A stretch of DNA of 64,000 nt from Terriglobia bacterium. GTDB lineage: Bacteria; Acidobacteriota; Terriglobia; Acidiferrales; UBA7541. Positions within the stretch are counted from its first letter, which is position 1. Every line of letters starts with the position of its first letter. Under the pieces are notes generated by a model. The model saw only the letters and a list, made by a program, of their open reading frames with translations. It was not told the DNA's origin and made no database searches. Both the position numbers and the translations under genes were made by a program. Shown piece after piece: positions 47,335-55,644 of this stretch. The stretch lies in assembly GCA_020073605.1 (NCBI GenBank), contig JAIQEW010000015.1, forward strand, positions 10,231 through 74,230. Reading direction: 5' to 3'.

Positions 47335-47886
47335 CTAGCCGAACAAAGAGGCGATGCCGGCGCCGATGCCAAACAGGCCGCCGAGTCCGCTGCCCGAACT
47401 GCCGGACGCGCGCTGGCGCACGCCGAGCAGCTCCGCGGGGACGCCCATCGCGCGGCCGAGCAGATTCGTGTCGATGCCGTACGTCTGCCCGAGCGCGTTG
47501 AGGCCGGCGAGCTGCTCCTGCAATTGGCGGTTCGCGAACGAGATCTGATTCTGCTGCGTTTGGCTGGCGTCGGTCTGCGCCTGCTCGCGGCCAAGTTGCG
47601 CGAGCACGTCGCCGTACCCGGCGGTGTTGTTGGTGGCGGCCAGGCGATTCGCGGCGCGCTGGCGAAGCGCGTCGAACGCGGTGTTGGCGGCGCCGAGCGA
47701 CTGCTGCGTGATCGCGGACCGTTGCTGTGGCGTGTAGCCCTGGCTGGTCAGCAGGCTCTGGATCGTCGGCATCAGCAGCGAGCGGTCCTTCAGGCCCTGT
47801 AGATTCGATTGCGAGATGAGCTGGTTCTGAAGCGCAAGTTGCTGGTCGGTGAGCTGGCGTGTGTGGCTTTGTGCTGCGCGGGACAT
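47335..47886 (-). CDS. Gln-rich hypothetical protein with C-terminal glycine-zipper tail (phage internal/virion-like)
   Basis: 183 aa, low-complexity Q/L/A-rich, ending GSSGSGLGGLFGIGAGIASLFG. Confidence 0.5.
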   Translation of the reverse strand: MSRAAQSHTRQLTDQQLALQNQLISQSNLQGLKDRSLLMPTIQSLLTSQGYTPQQRSAITQQSLGAANTAFDALRQRAANRLAATNNTAGYGDVLAQLGREQAQTDASQTQQNQISFANRQLQEQLAGLNALGQTYGIDTNLLGRAMGVPAELLGVRQRASGSSGSGLGGLFGIGAGIASLFG

Positions 47887-47960
47887 GGGATGTCTCCTTG
47901 GCGCGTCTTTTGCGGGCGCGAAATATGTGAGCTAGTCGAAGTGGTCGATGAGTGCGGAAA

Positions 47961-48035
47961 GTGGCTAGTGATTAGTGACTAGAGAAAGACGCACACGCTC
48001 GGTTCTAGCCACTCGCCACTAATCACTCGCCACTG
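47961..48035. repeat. Inverted pair of heptad GTGRYTN tracts
   Basis: GTGGCTAGTGATTAGTGACTAG (47961-47982) faces CTAGCCACTCGCCACTAATCACTCGCCACTG (48005-48035). The right arm supplies the last codons and the stop of the 48023-48496 gene. Confidence 0.75.
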
Positions 48036-48496
48036 CTTTTTAATCTTCTGCAATACGGTATCCAGGCGTCGTCGCGGACCCAGCCGAGAGCTTCCAATCG
48101 GCGGCCGAAGCGTTTCGCGATCGGCGGAGGGAGCCAGGCGTGCGCGTCGTCGAGGCCGCGCGCGAGCAGGTCTTGTTCGCCGGCGCGATGCAGCGCGAGC
48201 AGGCGCGCATAGCGCTCGCGCGGCTTCCCCGCCCCGGGATCGGCGAGCAGATACATCTCGCACGTGAGTCGCGCGAGCGAGGCCATCACGGCGCGGCCGT
48301 CGTCATCTTCGACGACGAGCTTCGAAACGAAAATCGGGTCGGAGAGGTCCGGGAACGCGTAGTCGAAGCCCTGTCGCGCGTGCATGCGGCGCAGCGCGTC
48401 GAGATCGGCGGGCGTGTATTCGCGGACGAGCAAGTGTGGATCGTCACCCCTCGGCTCATCCGCCAAAAAGCTGGCGGATTCGCTCGGGATGATCAT
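48023..48496 (-). CDS. GNAT-like N-acetyltransferase (tentative)
   Basis: 157 aa. The size and the pattern VREYTPADLDALRRMH.. / ..RRLEALGW resemble GNAT proteins, but no strong motif was read. Confidence 0.45.
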   Translation of the reverse strand: MIIPSESASFLADEPRGDDPHLLVREYTPADLDALRRMHARQGFDYAFPDLSDPIFVSKLVVEDDDGRAVMASLARLTCEMYLLADPGAGKPRERYARLLALHRAGEQDLLARGLDDAHAWLPPPIAKRFGRRLEALGWVRDDAWIPYCRRLKSSGE

Positions 48497-48509
48497 CCTC
48501 GTCGGATGA

Positions 48510-48929
48510 TCAGAAGACTTGATGGCGGAGGAGCGGGTGGACGCGCGCGACGGCTTCGGCGGCGTCGAAGGTGGTTGCGCCGGGGGCGACGCCGTGCGGG
48601 GCGAGCGCGGACTGAGCGGCGTCCGAAATCGGTTTCTGCGCGAGCGGGTGCGGCAGCGCCTCGAATGCAGGCTCGTCCTCGAGCGAGAGGTGGACGCCTT
48701 CGTCCGCCTCGATGAGGACGAGGATTGGCGTAGCGTCGCGCTGATCCGCGTCGTCGGCCGTAGGGGCGGGTTTCAAACCCGCCCCTACGGATTCGTGGCG
48801 AGTAGTGGCATCAGGCGCATCCGCATCGACGGCCCGCGAGTCGAGGACGATGAAATGCGAATTCGCGAAGCGCGCGGCGTGGCGCTGCCAGTCGCCGAGC
48901 GTCGTCATGTAGTAGCGCTTCCCTGTCAT
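48510..48929 (-). CDS. Hypothetical protein carrying an in-frame REP hairpin insertion
   Basis: 139 aa. ATGA overlap with the upstream CMD gene. The residues ESVGAGLKPAPTADD are encoded by the palindrome at 48760-48788. Confidence 0.5.
   Translation of the reverse strand: MTGKRYYMTTLGDWQRHAARFANSHFIVLDSRAVDADAPDATTRHESVGAGLKPAPTADDADQRDATPILVLIEADEGVHLSLEDEPAFEALPHPLAQKPISDAAQSALAPHGVAPGATTFDAAEAVARVHPLLRHQVF
48760..48788. repeat. REP hairpin GTAGGGGCGGGT-ttcaa-ACCCGCCCCTAC
   Basis: Perfect 12-bp inverted repeat read directly. It lies inside a CDS. Confidence 0.85.
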
Positions 48930-49315
48930 TTGAATTGCTCGTCGATGGGAACCTGGTAGCCGGCGGCGAGGCGATTCGTCTCGTTGGCCATGCCGACGAC
49001 GGCCATCAGTTCGTGGAACATGGCGTCGGTCATGCCCTTCTTACGGGCCGCGGCGGTGTGCGACGCGATGCAGTAGCCGCACTGGTTCGTCACACTGACG
49101 GCGACGTAGATCATTTCCTTCAGCAGCGGATCGAGCGCGCCAGGCGCCATGATCTGCTTGATCGATTCCCACGTGCGCATCAGCGACGCGGGATCATTGG
49201 TCAGCGCCTTCCAGAAATTGTTGATCCAGTCGACCTGGCGCGTCCGCATGATGTCGTCGTAGACGGCGCGCACCTCGGGACTGGCGTCCTTGTATTCGAT
49301 CATTCCAGCGGCCAT
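48926..49315 (-). CDS. Carboxymuconolactone decarboxylase (AhpD-like) family protein
   Basis: 129 aa with CGYCIASH (the CxxC..H motif of the AhpD/CMD fold). Confidence 0.85.
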   Translation of the reverse strand: MAAGMIEYKDASPEVRAVYDDIMRTRQVDWINNFWKALTNDPASLMRTWESIKQIMAPGALDPLLKEMIYVAVSVTNQCGYCIASHTAAARKKGMTDAMFHELMAVVGMANETNRLAAGYQVPIDEQFK

Positions 49316-49397
49316 GCTCGTTCTCCTCGCGGCGATTCCGTTGCAGACAGGAATACGCCTTCAGCGAGAATAGCAGAGCGCAGCGTGACCCCGTCGT

Positions 49398-49459
49398 TGT
49401 AGGGGCGGGTCCCGATAGGATCGGGACGCAAGAGACGCGTTTGAAACCCGCCCCTACGG
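49398..49459. repeat. REP hairpin of the same family with a nested hairpin inserted in its loop
   Basis: TGTAGGGGCGGGT [CCCGATAGGATCGGGAC GCAAGAGACGCGT] TTGAAACCCGCCCCTACGG. Confidence 0.8.
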
Positions 49460-49590
49460 CGGACAATTCGGCTTCGCCAGTCGGACGACAAACCGCACGC
49501 CACAAAACGGATTGCCGTCGCGTGCGATTTGCGAGAATCTGTGCAGCGCGGATTCAAAACCTCATACGCTGGAAGCGGACGGGAGGAGCC

Positions 49591-50331
49591 ATGGTCGAAA
49601 AAGAGATCGAGATCAAAATGGCCGATGGAACGTGCGACGCGGTTCTCTATCAATCCGAGGACGGGCGCCGGAGGCCGGGCGCGATTCATCTGCCGGATAT
49701 CGTCAGCATTCGGCCGTCGCATCGCGAGATGGCGCGGCGACTGGCGGACGTGGGCTACACCGTGCTGTTGCCGAATCCCTTCTATCGCACGGCGCGCTCG
49801 CCTGTGTACGACTTCGAGCCTAACTTTCCGGACGAGCGCACGATGAAGCGCATGGGCGAACTCGCCGGTCCGCTGACGCCGGAGGCGATGGAGCGCGACG
49901 CGGGGAGCTACGTCAATTTTCTCGCGACGCAAAAGTCGGTGAGCGACGCCGCGATCGGCGTGGTCGGCTACTGCTTCACGGGCGCGATGGCGCTGCGCAC
50001 CGCGGCGGCGCGGCCGGACCGAATCGGCGCGGCGGCGTCATTCCACGGCGGCGGGCTGGTCACCGACGGGCCGACAAGCCCGCATCTCGTCCTGCCGCGC
50101 GTGAAGTGCCGCGTCTATTTCGGGCACGCGGTGAACGACCAGTTCATGCCGCAGCCGGCGATCGACACGCTCAATGCCGCGCTCAATGCCTGGGGCGGAA
50201 AGTACGAAAGCGAAATGTACGAAGGCGCGCTGCACAGTTGGACCGTGCCCGACAGCCCCGTCTACAACAAGCCGCAAGCCGAGCGCGCGTTTGTGAAGCT
50301 CAAAGAGGTCTTCGCCGCCACGCTGAAATAG
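49591..50331 (+). CDS. Dienelactone hydrolase family protein
   Basis: GGGAGGAG SD before ATG 49591. Nucleophile elbow GYCFTG. C-terminal ..YEGALHSW.. (His). 246 aa. Confidence 0.85.
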   Translation: MVEKEIEIKMADGTCDAVLYQSEDGRRRPGAIHLPDIVSIRPSHREMARRLADVGYTVLLPNPFYRTARSPVYDFEPNFPDERTMKRMGELAGPLTPEAMERDAGSYVNFLATQKSVSDAAIGVVGYCFTGAMALRTAAARPDRIGAAASFHGGGLVTDGPTSPHLVLPRVKCRVYFGHAVNDQFMPQPAIDTLNAALNAWGGKYESEMYEGALHSWTVPDSPVYNKPQAERAFVKLKEVFAATLK

Positions 50332-50427
50332 GGGCGCGAGGATAGGCTGGGGTAATTTCCTTGCTTGTCTCGGTTGGAAGTCGGCCTCGTCTACTTGCCG
50401 ACATACTGAGAACGTCCGCGGCAGGCA

Positions 50428-51024
50428 TCAACGTGCCCCCGGCGGCGAATAGACGCCGGCAGCCTCCTGCCAGAGCAGCAAGATTTTGTCTGGAGCGCTG
50501 GGAAGCGGCTGATACCGATAGGACGTGCCTTCCTGCGTATACCACCGACGCCACTGGAGAATGATTTCTTGCTGCGCATCCAGTGGCGCGAAATAGGTTC
50601 TCCCGCGCGAAGGCCATATGGCAAAGAAGGTGACGCACTTGGGACTTTTGAAATAGAGCCAGTAACGCCGATTGTCCTCCTCCCGGGAGCGCCCAAATTT
50701 CCACTGAGTGGTCGCACAGAAGTCCTTGGCGCCCGTAATAAACCGCAGCACCTGAATGCACGAAATCACATGTACTGTCGCGGGGATGTTCTCGATTTCC
50801 TTGGCGCGCTCGGGATGGGCAATCGCGTGCAGCTCGGCGACCAACGCTCCCGCCGATTCCACAGGGGTTTTCGCTAGTTCTTGGGCGTCTGCAAAATCGT
50901 CGTTCTGGGCCTCTCCTAGACGCTGCACGCGTCGCTGAATGGCATCGCTGAGGGTCGCCGGGCGCGACTGCGCCTGAAGAGCAGCAGTCACGACGAGCAC
51001 GGCCAGCAACCCGTGAGTACACAC
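50428..51024 (-). CDS. Hypothetical secreted protein (possible immunity-like partner)
   Basis: GTG 51024 gives the signal peptide (M)CTHGLLAVLVVTAALQAQS and avoids overlap with the upstream gene. A/T-richer. No family was recognised. Confidence 0.4.
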   Translation of the reverse strand: MCTHGLLAVLVVTAALQAQSRPATLSDAIQRRVQRLGEAQNDDFADAQELAKTPVESAGALVAELHAIAHPERAKEIENIPATVHVISCIQVLRFITGAKDFCATTQWKFGRSREEDNRRYWLYFKSPKCVTFFAIWPSRGRTYFAPLDAQQEIILQWRRWYTQEGTSYRYQPLPSAPDKILLLWQEAAGVYSPPGAR

Positions 51025-51034
51025 GCGCTCTATT

Positions 51035-51685
51035 CTAGTGATCGTAGATGTCAATGTACGTGCGTGTCCCTTTCGGAACATCCCCTCCTCCCACATTCAC
51101 GAATGGACCGTAGCTCCGAACCGGGGCACCCTTCTGGCCGAAACGAGCATCCTTTGGCGGCCGCTGTGGTCCCACTCCCGCCTGACGGATGAAGAAATAG
51201 TGTCCGGGCATCGACCCGTTGCTCTTCTCAGCTGCATCCAGGTTATCGTTCCACACCGAGGTTTCGATTGATCCGGCGTTCTTCCCTGGCCTCGCGTGCC
51301 GCACGTTGCCGTTCCGCTCGGATATGTCCATTATATTCCGCCGGGCTTCCCTGAGTTGATCCAGAGATTGCCTATCCCACTTCGAGCGATCATACGGCCC
51401 GGCGTGCTTGACGCTTGGGGACTTTTGCGGAGTCAGCCCTGCGGTTTCCGCGTACCCAACGCTTGCCTTCCCCTCAATGGTTCCGTGGTGGGCAGGGCGG
51501 ATTCGACCGGGATGCGCGGCGCTGGTGGGCGCCGCCGCTTTCCCGGATTGCGGTTGCGGAGTCGGCTGCTGTTCCAATTCGGGATACTCTTCCGACCAAA
51601 CGCGGTTCGCGCTTGCGATGCGGGCGCGCTCGAGTCCGCGACCGAACAACGGGTTTGCGTAAAACCTACTGTTGATCCAAGGCAT
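51035..51685 (-). CDS. Hypothetical protein downstream of the Hint-domain gene
   Basis: GAAGGGGA SD lies 6-7 nt before the ATG. 216 aa with no signal peptide and no family recognised. Confidence 0.5.
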   Translation of the reverse strand: MPWINSRFYANPLFGRGLERARIASANRVWSEEYPELEQQPTPQPQSGKAAAPTSAAHPGRIRPAHHGTIEGKASVGYAETAGLTPQKSPSVKHAGPYDRSKWDRQSLDQLREARRNIMDISERNGNVRHARPGKNAGSIETSVWNDNLDAAEKSNGSMPGHYFFIRQAGVGPQRPPKDARFGQKGAPVRSYGPFVNVGGGDVPKGTRTYIDIYDH

Positions 51686-51760
51686 CGCGATCCCCTTCTT
51701 TCAGAAACTCTGCTAAGCAATCGGCCTACCAAGCCGGCGCCGTCGAACGACAGAATGAGA

Positions 51761-52777
51761 TTACGAACTGAACGTGTAATTGTGCGTCAGGATGGAGGCG
51801 GCGTGGCGGCCGGCGAAGAATTGGTGCGATGGCTCGCAACTCACGGTGACTTTTCTCCCAAGCTCCCCGCTTTCGGTGATTACCTCGATTTTACGGAGCG
51901 TGACGCGGCCAAATCGGCCCACTAAGACGTCGCACATGCAGAGGCGCTCGGCGCGCATCGGCGAGCCGTCGGCGAGCGTGAAGATGTGGTGCGGCGTCAC
52001 GTCGAGCGACTCCGCGTTCGAAAAGTGAAGGCGGATGAACGTGTCCGCGTCGCGGACCTCGAGGCGCACGATGCGCGTCCACGCTTCCCCGCCCGCGGCC
52101 GAGGGGCAGCGCAGGTGTTCGCCCACCTTGCACGTTTCGATTTCAACCGTGCCCCGCTCCTTGGTGAGCACGATCGTCCCAGCGCGCAGGCAGCTTCCGC
52201 TGCCGCCGCCCGAGCCGCCGCCTGTGCCGCTGGTGGTGGTCGCGGCGACCATCGCGCCCTGCGAGAGCGGGACGCGCCCCTGAAGCGACTGCTGCTGCGC
52301 GGCGAGATTCGTCTTCGCGGTCTGCGCGTTTGCGGGAGAGCCAGCGCCGCCCGCCACCCACGCGAGCGCCGCAGCGACGTCGTCCCAGTAAGGATAGAAA
52401 TAGTAGGTGGTGCCCGGCGTGAGGCCGGTGACGATCACGGAGCCGTTAGGGACCGCCGTGGCGGTGCCGTCGGCGCGATAGATCGAGAGGCCGGACCAGG
52501 TCCACGTGAGGCTCGTCGTGGTGGAGGCGTAGGTGAACGCGCCGGACCACGTCGGCGGCACGGAGCCTTTCATCAGCACGCCCGATTTCGTCGGATCGAT
52601 CTTCCCTGCCGTGAGGGCGGCGCTGGCAACGCGCGCGAATTGCTCGCCGTCGGTGATCTGGTGGTCGAGGCTCCAGCCCTGGTTCGGGCCCAGCGACGCG
52701 CCGACGAGGCGCTTCAGCGTTTCATAGAGCTGCGGGTTCGTTTTGCGCAGCGCTTCGATTTGAGGGATGGTGAGCAT
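51761..52777 (-). CDS. Phage tail-fibre-like protein with C-terminal Hint/bacterial-intein-like (BIL) domain
   Basis: 338 aa. After a Gly/Ser linker (TSGTGGGSGGGSGS) the Hint module starts at Cys196 (CLRAGTIVLT) and ends ASILTHN, with only YTFSS following. The N-terminal half is a beta-rich FN3-like region (TGLTPGTTYYFYPYWD). Confidence 0.6.
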   Translation of the reverse strand: MLTIPQIEALRKTNPQLYETLKRLVGASLGPNQGWSLDHQITDGEQFARVASAALTAGKIDPTKSGVLMKGSVPPTWSGAFTYASTTTSLTWTWSGLSIYRADGTATAVPNGSVIVTGLTPGTTYYFYPYWDDVAAALAWVAGGAGSPANAQTAKTNLAAQQQSLQGRVPLSQGAMVAATTTSGTGGGSGGGSGSCLRAGTIVLTKERGTVEIETCKVGEHLRCPSAAGGEAWTRIVRLEVRDADTFIRLHFSNAESLDVTPHHIFTLADGSPMRAERLCMCDVLVGRFGRVTLRKIEVITESGELGRKVTVSCEPSHQFFAGRHAASILTHNYTFSS

Positions 52778-52788
52778 TTTCGATTGGC

Positions 52789-52824
52789 CACGGAGACACA
52801 GAGGAAGTGACTAGTGGCCCGTGG
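52789..52824. repeat. Short composite of CACAGAG-type and GTGACTA-type motifs
   Basis: CACGGAGACACAGAGGAAGTGACTAGTGGCCCGTGG lies immediately 5' of the Hint gene start (52777). Confidence 0.5.
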
Positions 52825-53243
52825 GATGCGACGACACCCGGTGTTGTAGGGGCCCAGTCCGCCGCGGCGGACGCCCGGTGCGGAATCATCGAGCGCAAAA
52901 CCATGTGCGCGATTGCGGCACACCGGGTTTAGGTTTCGTGCGCGAATGCGTGAGCAAAGGCAACCGCACAGCGGCGGCATATGGCAACGGTGTTGCCGAG
53001 CATGTTTGCCGGGCGTAGCAGTGCTACGCCCCTACGAAGACAATTCAACGGCGGCAACAGGAGCAGCCAATCACGCACTTGTTCGTGCGGACGAGAAAAG
53101 AGAAACGGTTAACGGGGCTTTACTTGCGAGGAGATTTCGCGGTCCGGTAGTGGTTCATTTTGCGAGATGTCAAATCGTGATAGCGATAGGCACAGAAATG
53201 CATGCCCATGCCACCGACGTATCTTCCGCAATGGAGCCAAACA

Positions 53244-53459
53244 TTACCAGCTAAAGTGCTCGTTGGATGAAACCTGCTGGGCATCGCGAATCAAGATAAA
53301 CCGCACATGATCCCCGCAATCGTCACATTCTGGGAACGTTTTCTCATATAAGCACGTCACTTCATGCTCTTGCGCGTGGTGAGGATCATGAACTACCTTG
53401 TAGATTCCTGAATGGGGTACCTTCTCTCCGGATTTGAATTCATCTCCAATATGATCCAT
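53244..53459 (-). CDS. YjzC-like small protein (tentative)
   Basis: 71 aa. FKSGEKVPHSGIYKVVHD..FPECDDCGDHVRF resembles the YjzC pattern (F.pGEkaP.sG.Y .. fP). AGGAGGGG SD. A/T-richer region. Confidence 0.45.
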   Translation of the reverse strand: MDHIGDEFKSGEKVPHSGIYKVVHDPHHAQEHEVTCLYEKTFPECDDCGDHVRFILIRDAQQVSSNEHFSW

Positions 53460-53535
53460 TTTCCCCTCCTGTTACTCGAATGCCGCAATACATGCCGCAC
53501 CGATTGGAGAATGCCGCCGTAGTTGCGGCTGAGGC

Positions 53536-53568
53536 AAAATAGAAGGCGGCCCGGGAGCTGGGGCCGCC
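53536..53568 (-). terminator. Terminator-like hairpin within the 5' leader of the YjzC-like gene
   Basis: On the minus strand: GGCGGCCC-cagctccc-GGGCCGCC followed by TTCTATTTT. It lies about 85 nt upstream of the ATG at 53459. Confidence 0.4.
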
Positions 53569-53733
53569 CTTGGTCCTACGTGTCTCTTAAGGAAGGTCGC
53601 CTCAACGGTCAGGCCTTACGTTGGCGGAGCGTTTGGGGTCGGCGTTATTTCTGCCGGTGTCCCCTGTTGCTCGCTTCCGTTGAGTACTCCCTCCCTCCTT
53701 GCCACGTTCCTATTCTTCTTTCCAAAGGCTGGA

Positions 53734-53771
53734 TGTGATCCGCGTCACATGCAGCTGTGATCCGCGTCACA
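53734..53771. promoter_or_regulatory. Two identical CRP/FNR-type palindromes TGTGATCCGCGTCACA
   Basis: Exact 16-bp palindromes at 53734-53749 and 53756-53771, centres 22 bp apart, in a 630-nt intergenic region between divergent small genes. Confidence 0.5.
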
Positions 53772-54087
53772 ATCCGCCGGAGCCGCCGGCTGGAGGAAGG
53801 GCCATGGATTGTTGCTTCCCTACGCCAACTCTTGATAAACGCACTGACCGGTTGAGCCGACACGACTAATCGGGCAGACGCTGGCGTCTTGGCACTGTGA
53901 GCATGGTCACAAGCACGGGTGAGCCCCCTCACCGCCTCAATTGCGTATTAGAGCTACACAAAGCTGTCGAAGGTCCGATTCCATGACGCCGGAGCGCAAT
54001 TCTCACGAACTTGGGGGGGCGACCCATCCGAAGGCAAGCCCGGGTAGTTTCATAGCTCGGTTTTCTTCCGAAGAGGGGAATCATTTC

Positions 54088-54402
54088 ATGAGACACGAGC
54101 CGAAAGAAGTGGTTGATCGCGTGATGCGCGAGTACAACGAAAATCAGGAACACATTAACAGATTGGCGGTCGAACTCTCGAGAATAGGGAGAAGGCTTAT
54201 CGACTTAGGCGAAGCGCTGGCGGGGAACCCAGAGGGCGTACACTTAACTGCTGGAGGCGTCGATATTAAGTATTCGAGTGATCTTGACGTCGCTAAATTG
54301 GCATCGCTAACGAACGATTACAGAAACGCGCTGCAAACCAGAGCGCATCTGGAAGACCAGCTTAGACAGCTTGGTATTCCGCCCCCTCGGGACACATACT
54401 GA
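54088..54402 (+). CDS. Hypothetical 104-aa helical protein
   Basis: GAGGGG SD lies 9 nt before ATG 54088. Predicted coiled-coil-like (..INRLAVELSRIGRRLIDLGEALAG..). A/T-richer. No family was recognised. Confidence 0.4.
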   Translation: MRHEPKEVVDRVMREYNENQEHINRLAVELSRIGRRLIDLGEALAGNPEGVHLTAGGVDIKYSSDLDVAKLASLTNDYRNALQTRAHLEDQLRQLGIPPPRDTY

Positions 54403-54684
54403 GCGAAGCGATTCCTTCCTTGTTCCAAACATGATCTGCTCCCACTTCCAACGCTGACGGATGCGGATCAGGCTGCGTTATTAGATGACACCTCTTCATT
54501 CCGCCAAGTGCTTGAGAGCGGGAAGTCCGACCGGCGCCGTAATCTGCCAGGGAATACATGAAAGCGGCGCATAGTGCGGCGGTAGCAGGGCAGCAGAAGG
54601 GATTCACGGGCTAAGTGCCCGATTAACGCGCGCTGACCGGGCAAGTGCCCGCTGATCCCCGCTGGGTTCTTTCAAACTGACCCA

Positions 54685-55578
54685 CTACCCGCGGTCGAGG
54701 ACGGCGCGGAAGAGCGCGATGTGCGCGGCCGTGCTGCCGCAGCACGCGCCGACGATTCTGGCGCCCGCATCGAGCAGGCCTTTCACGCCAGCCGCCATTT
54801 CTTCGGGAGGCTGCTTGTAAACCCATTGGCCTTCCTCGAGGACAGGTTTCCCTGCATTCGGCATGGCCATGAGAGGCAGGTTGCACGCCTTGCGGTAGCG
54901 CGTGAGGATCCGCGCCATCCATTCGATGTCCACGCCCGTGCCGCAGTTCGTGGCGGCCACGTGCGCGCCCGACGCCTGCATGAATTCGGCCGCTTTTTCC
55001 GGCGTGACGCCCATCATCGTGCGGGCGTCGAGGCCGTTGCGCGTGATGTCAAACGCCACCGAGGCGATAATGCAGGGCGTGCCCGCCTCGCGCGTCGCTT
55101 CGATTGCCGCGCCAAGCTCTTCGAGCGAAGTCTGCGTCTCGATGATGATGGCGTCCGCGCCCGCGCCTGCCAGCGCTGCCGCCTGCTGACGAAAAGCAGC
55201 GCGCGCCTCCTCCACCGTGACGGTGCCGAAGGGTTTCAATAGTCCGCCGAACGGGCCCATGTCGCCCAGGACGTACCCCGGGCGACCGCCGAAAGCGCGG
55301 CGGGCGATTTCGACGCCGGCACGGTTGATCGCATCCGCGCTATCGGCCAGGCCGTGGCGTTTCAAATTGATCGCAGAGGCGCCGAAAGTCTGCGTGATCA
55401 GGCAGTCGGAGCCGGCCTCGACGTAGCTCTTGTGGATGGCGAGGACGCGGTCCGGGTGTGTGAGATTCCAGTGCTCGCCGCAACCGCCCAGCTCGAGGCC
55501 CGCAGCCTGCAACTGCGTGCCCATGGCGCCATCGCCGAGCAAGGGGCGTTCCGCAAGCGCTTCGAGCAGGCTTTTCAT
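54685..55578 (-). CDS. Homocysteine S-methyltransferase domain protein (MetH N-terminal-like, stand-alone)
   Basis: LLGDGAMGTQL, ITQTFGA, and C-terminal Zn-ligand Cys pair GACCGST. Start at MKSLLEAL (55578), alternatively 55596. The longer ORF N-terminus only translates a heptad repeat. Confidence 0.85.
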   Translation of the reverse strand: MKSLLEALAERPLLGDGAMGTQLQAAGLELGGCGEHWNLTHPDRVLAIHKSYVEAGSDCLITQTFGASAINLKRHGLADSADAINRAGVEIARRAFGGRPGYVLGDMGPFGGLLKPFGTVTVEEARAAFRQQAAALAGAGADAIIIETQTSLEELGAAIEATREAGTPCIIASVAFDITRNGLDARTMMGVTPEKAAEFMQASGAHVAATNCGTGVDIEWMARILTRYRKACNLPLMAMPNAGKPVLEEGQWVYKQPPEEMAAGVKGLLDAGARIVGACCGSTAAHIALFRAVLDRG

Positions 55579-55644
55579 ATCGCTTCCATGAATCATTCTA
55601 CCGTACGAGTCATGGAAACGAGTTGCGGGACGAACATAGGGACC

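Noticed and set aside
51686-51763. Read-through, recoding or selenocysteine link between the Hint-domain ORF and the in-frame 216-aa ORF
   Set aside because: The 75-nt gap contains three in-frame stops (the TAA terminator, then TAG and TGA) plus a good SD for the downstream ATG. These are therefore separate genes.
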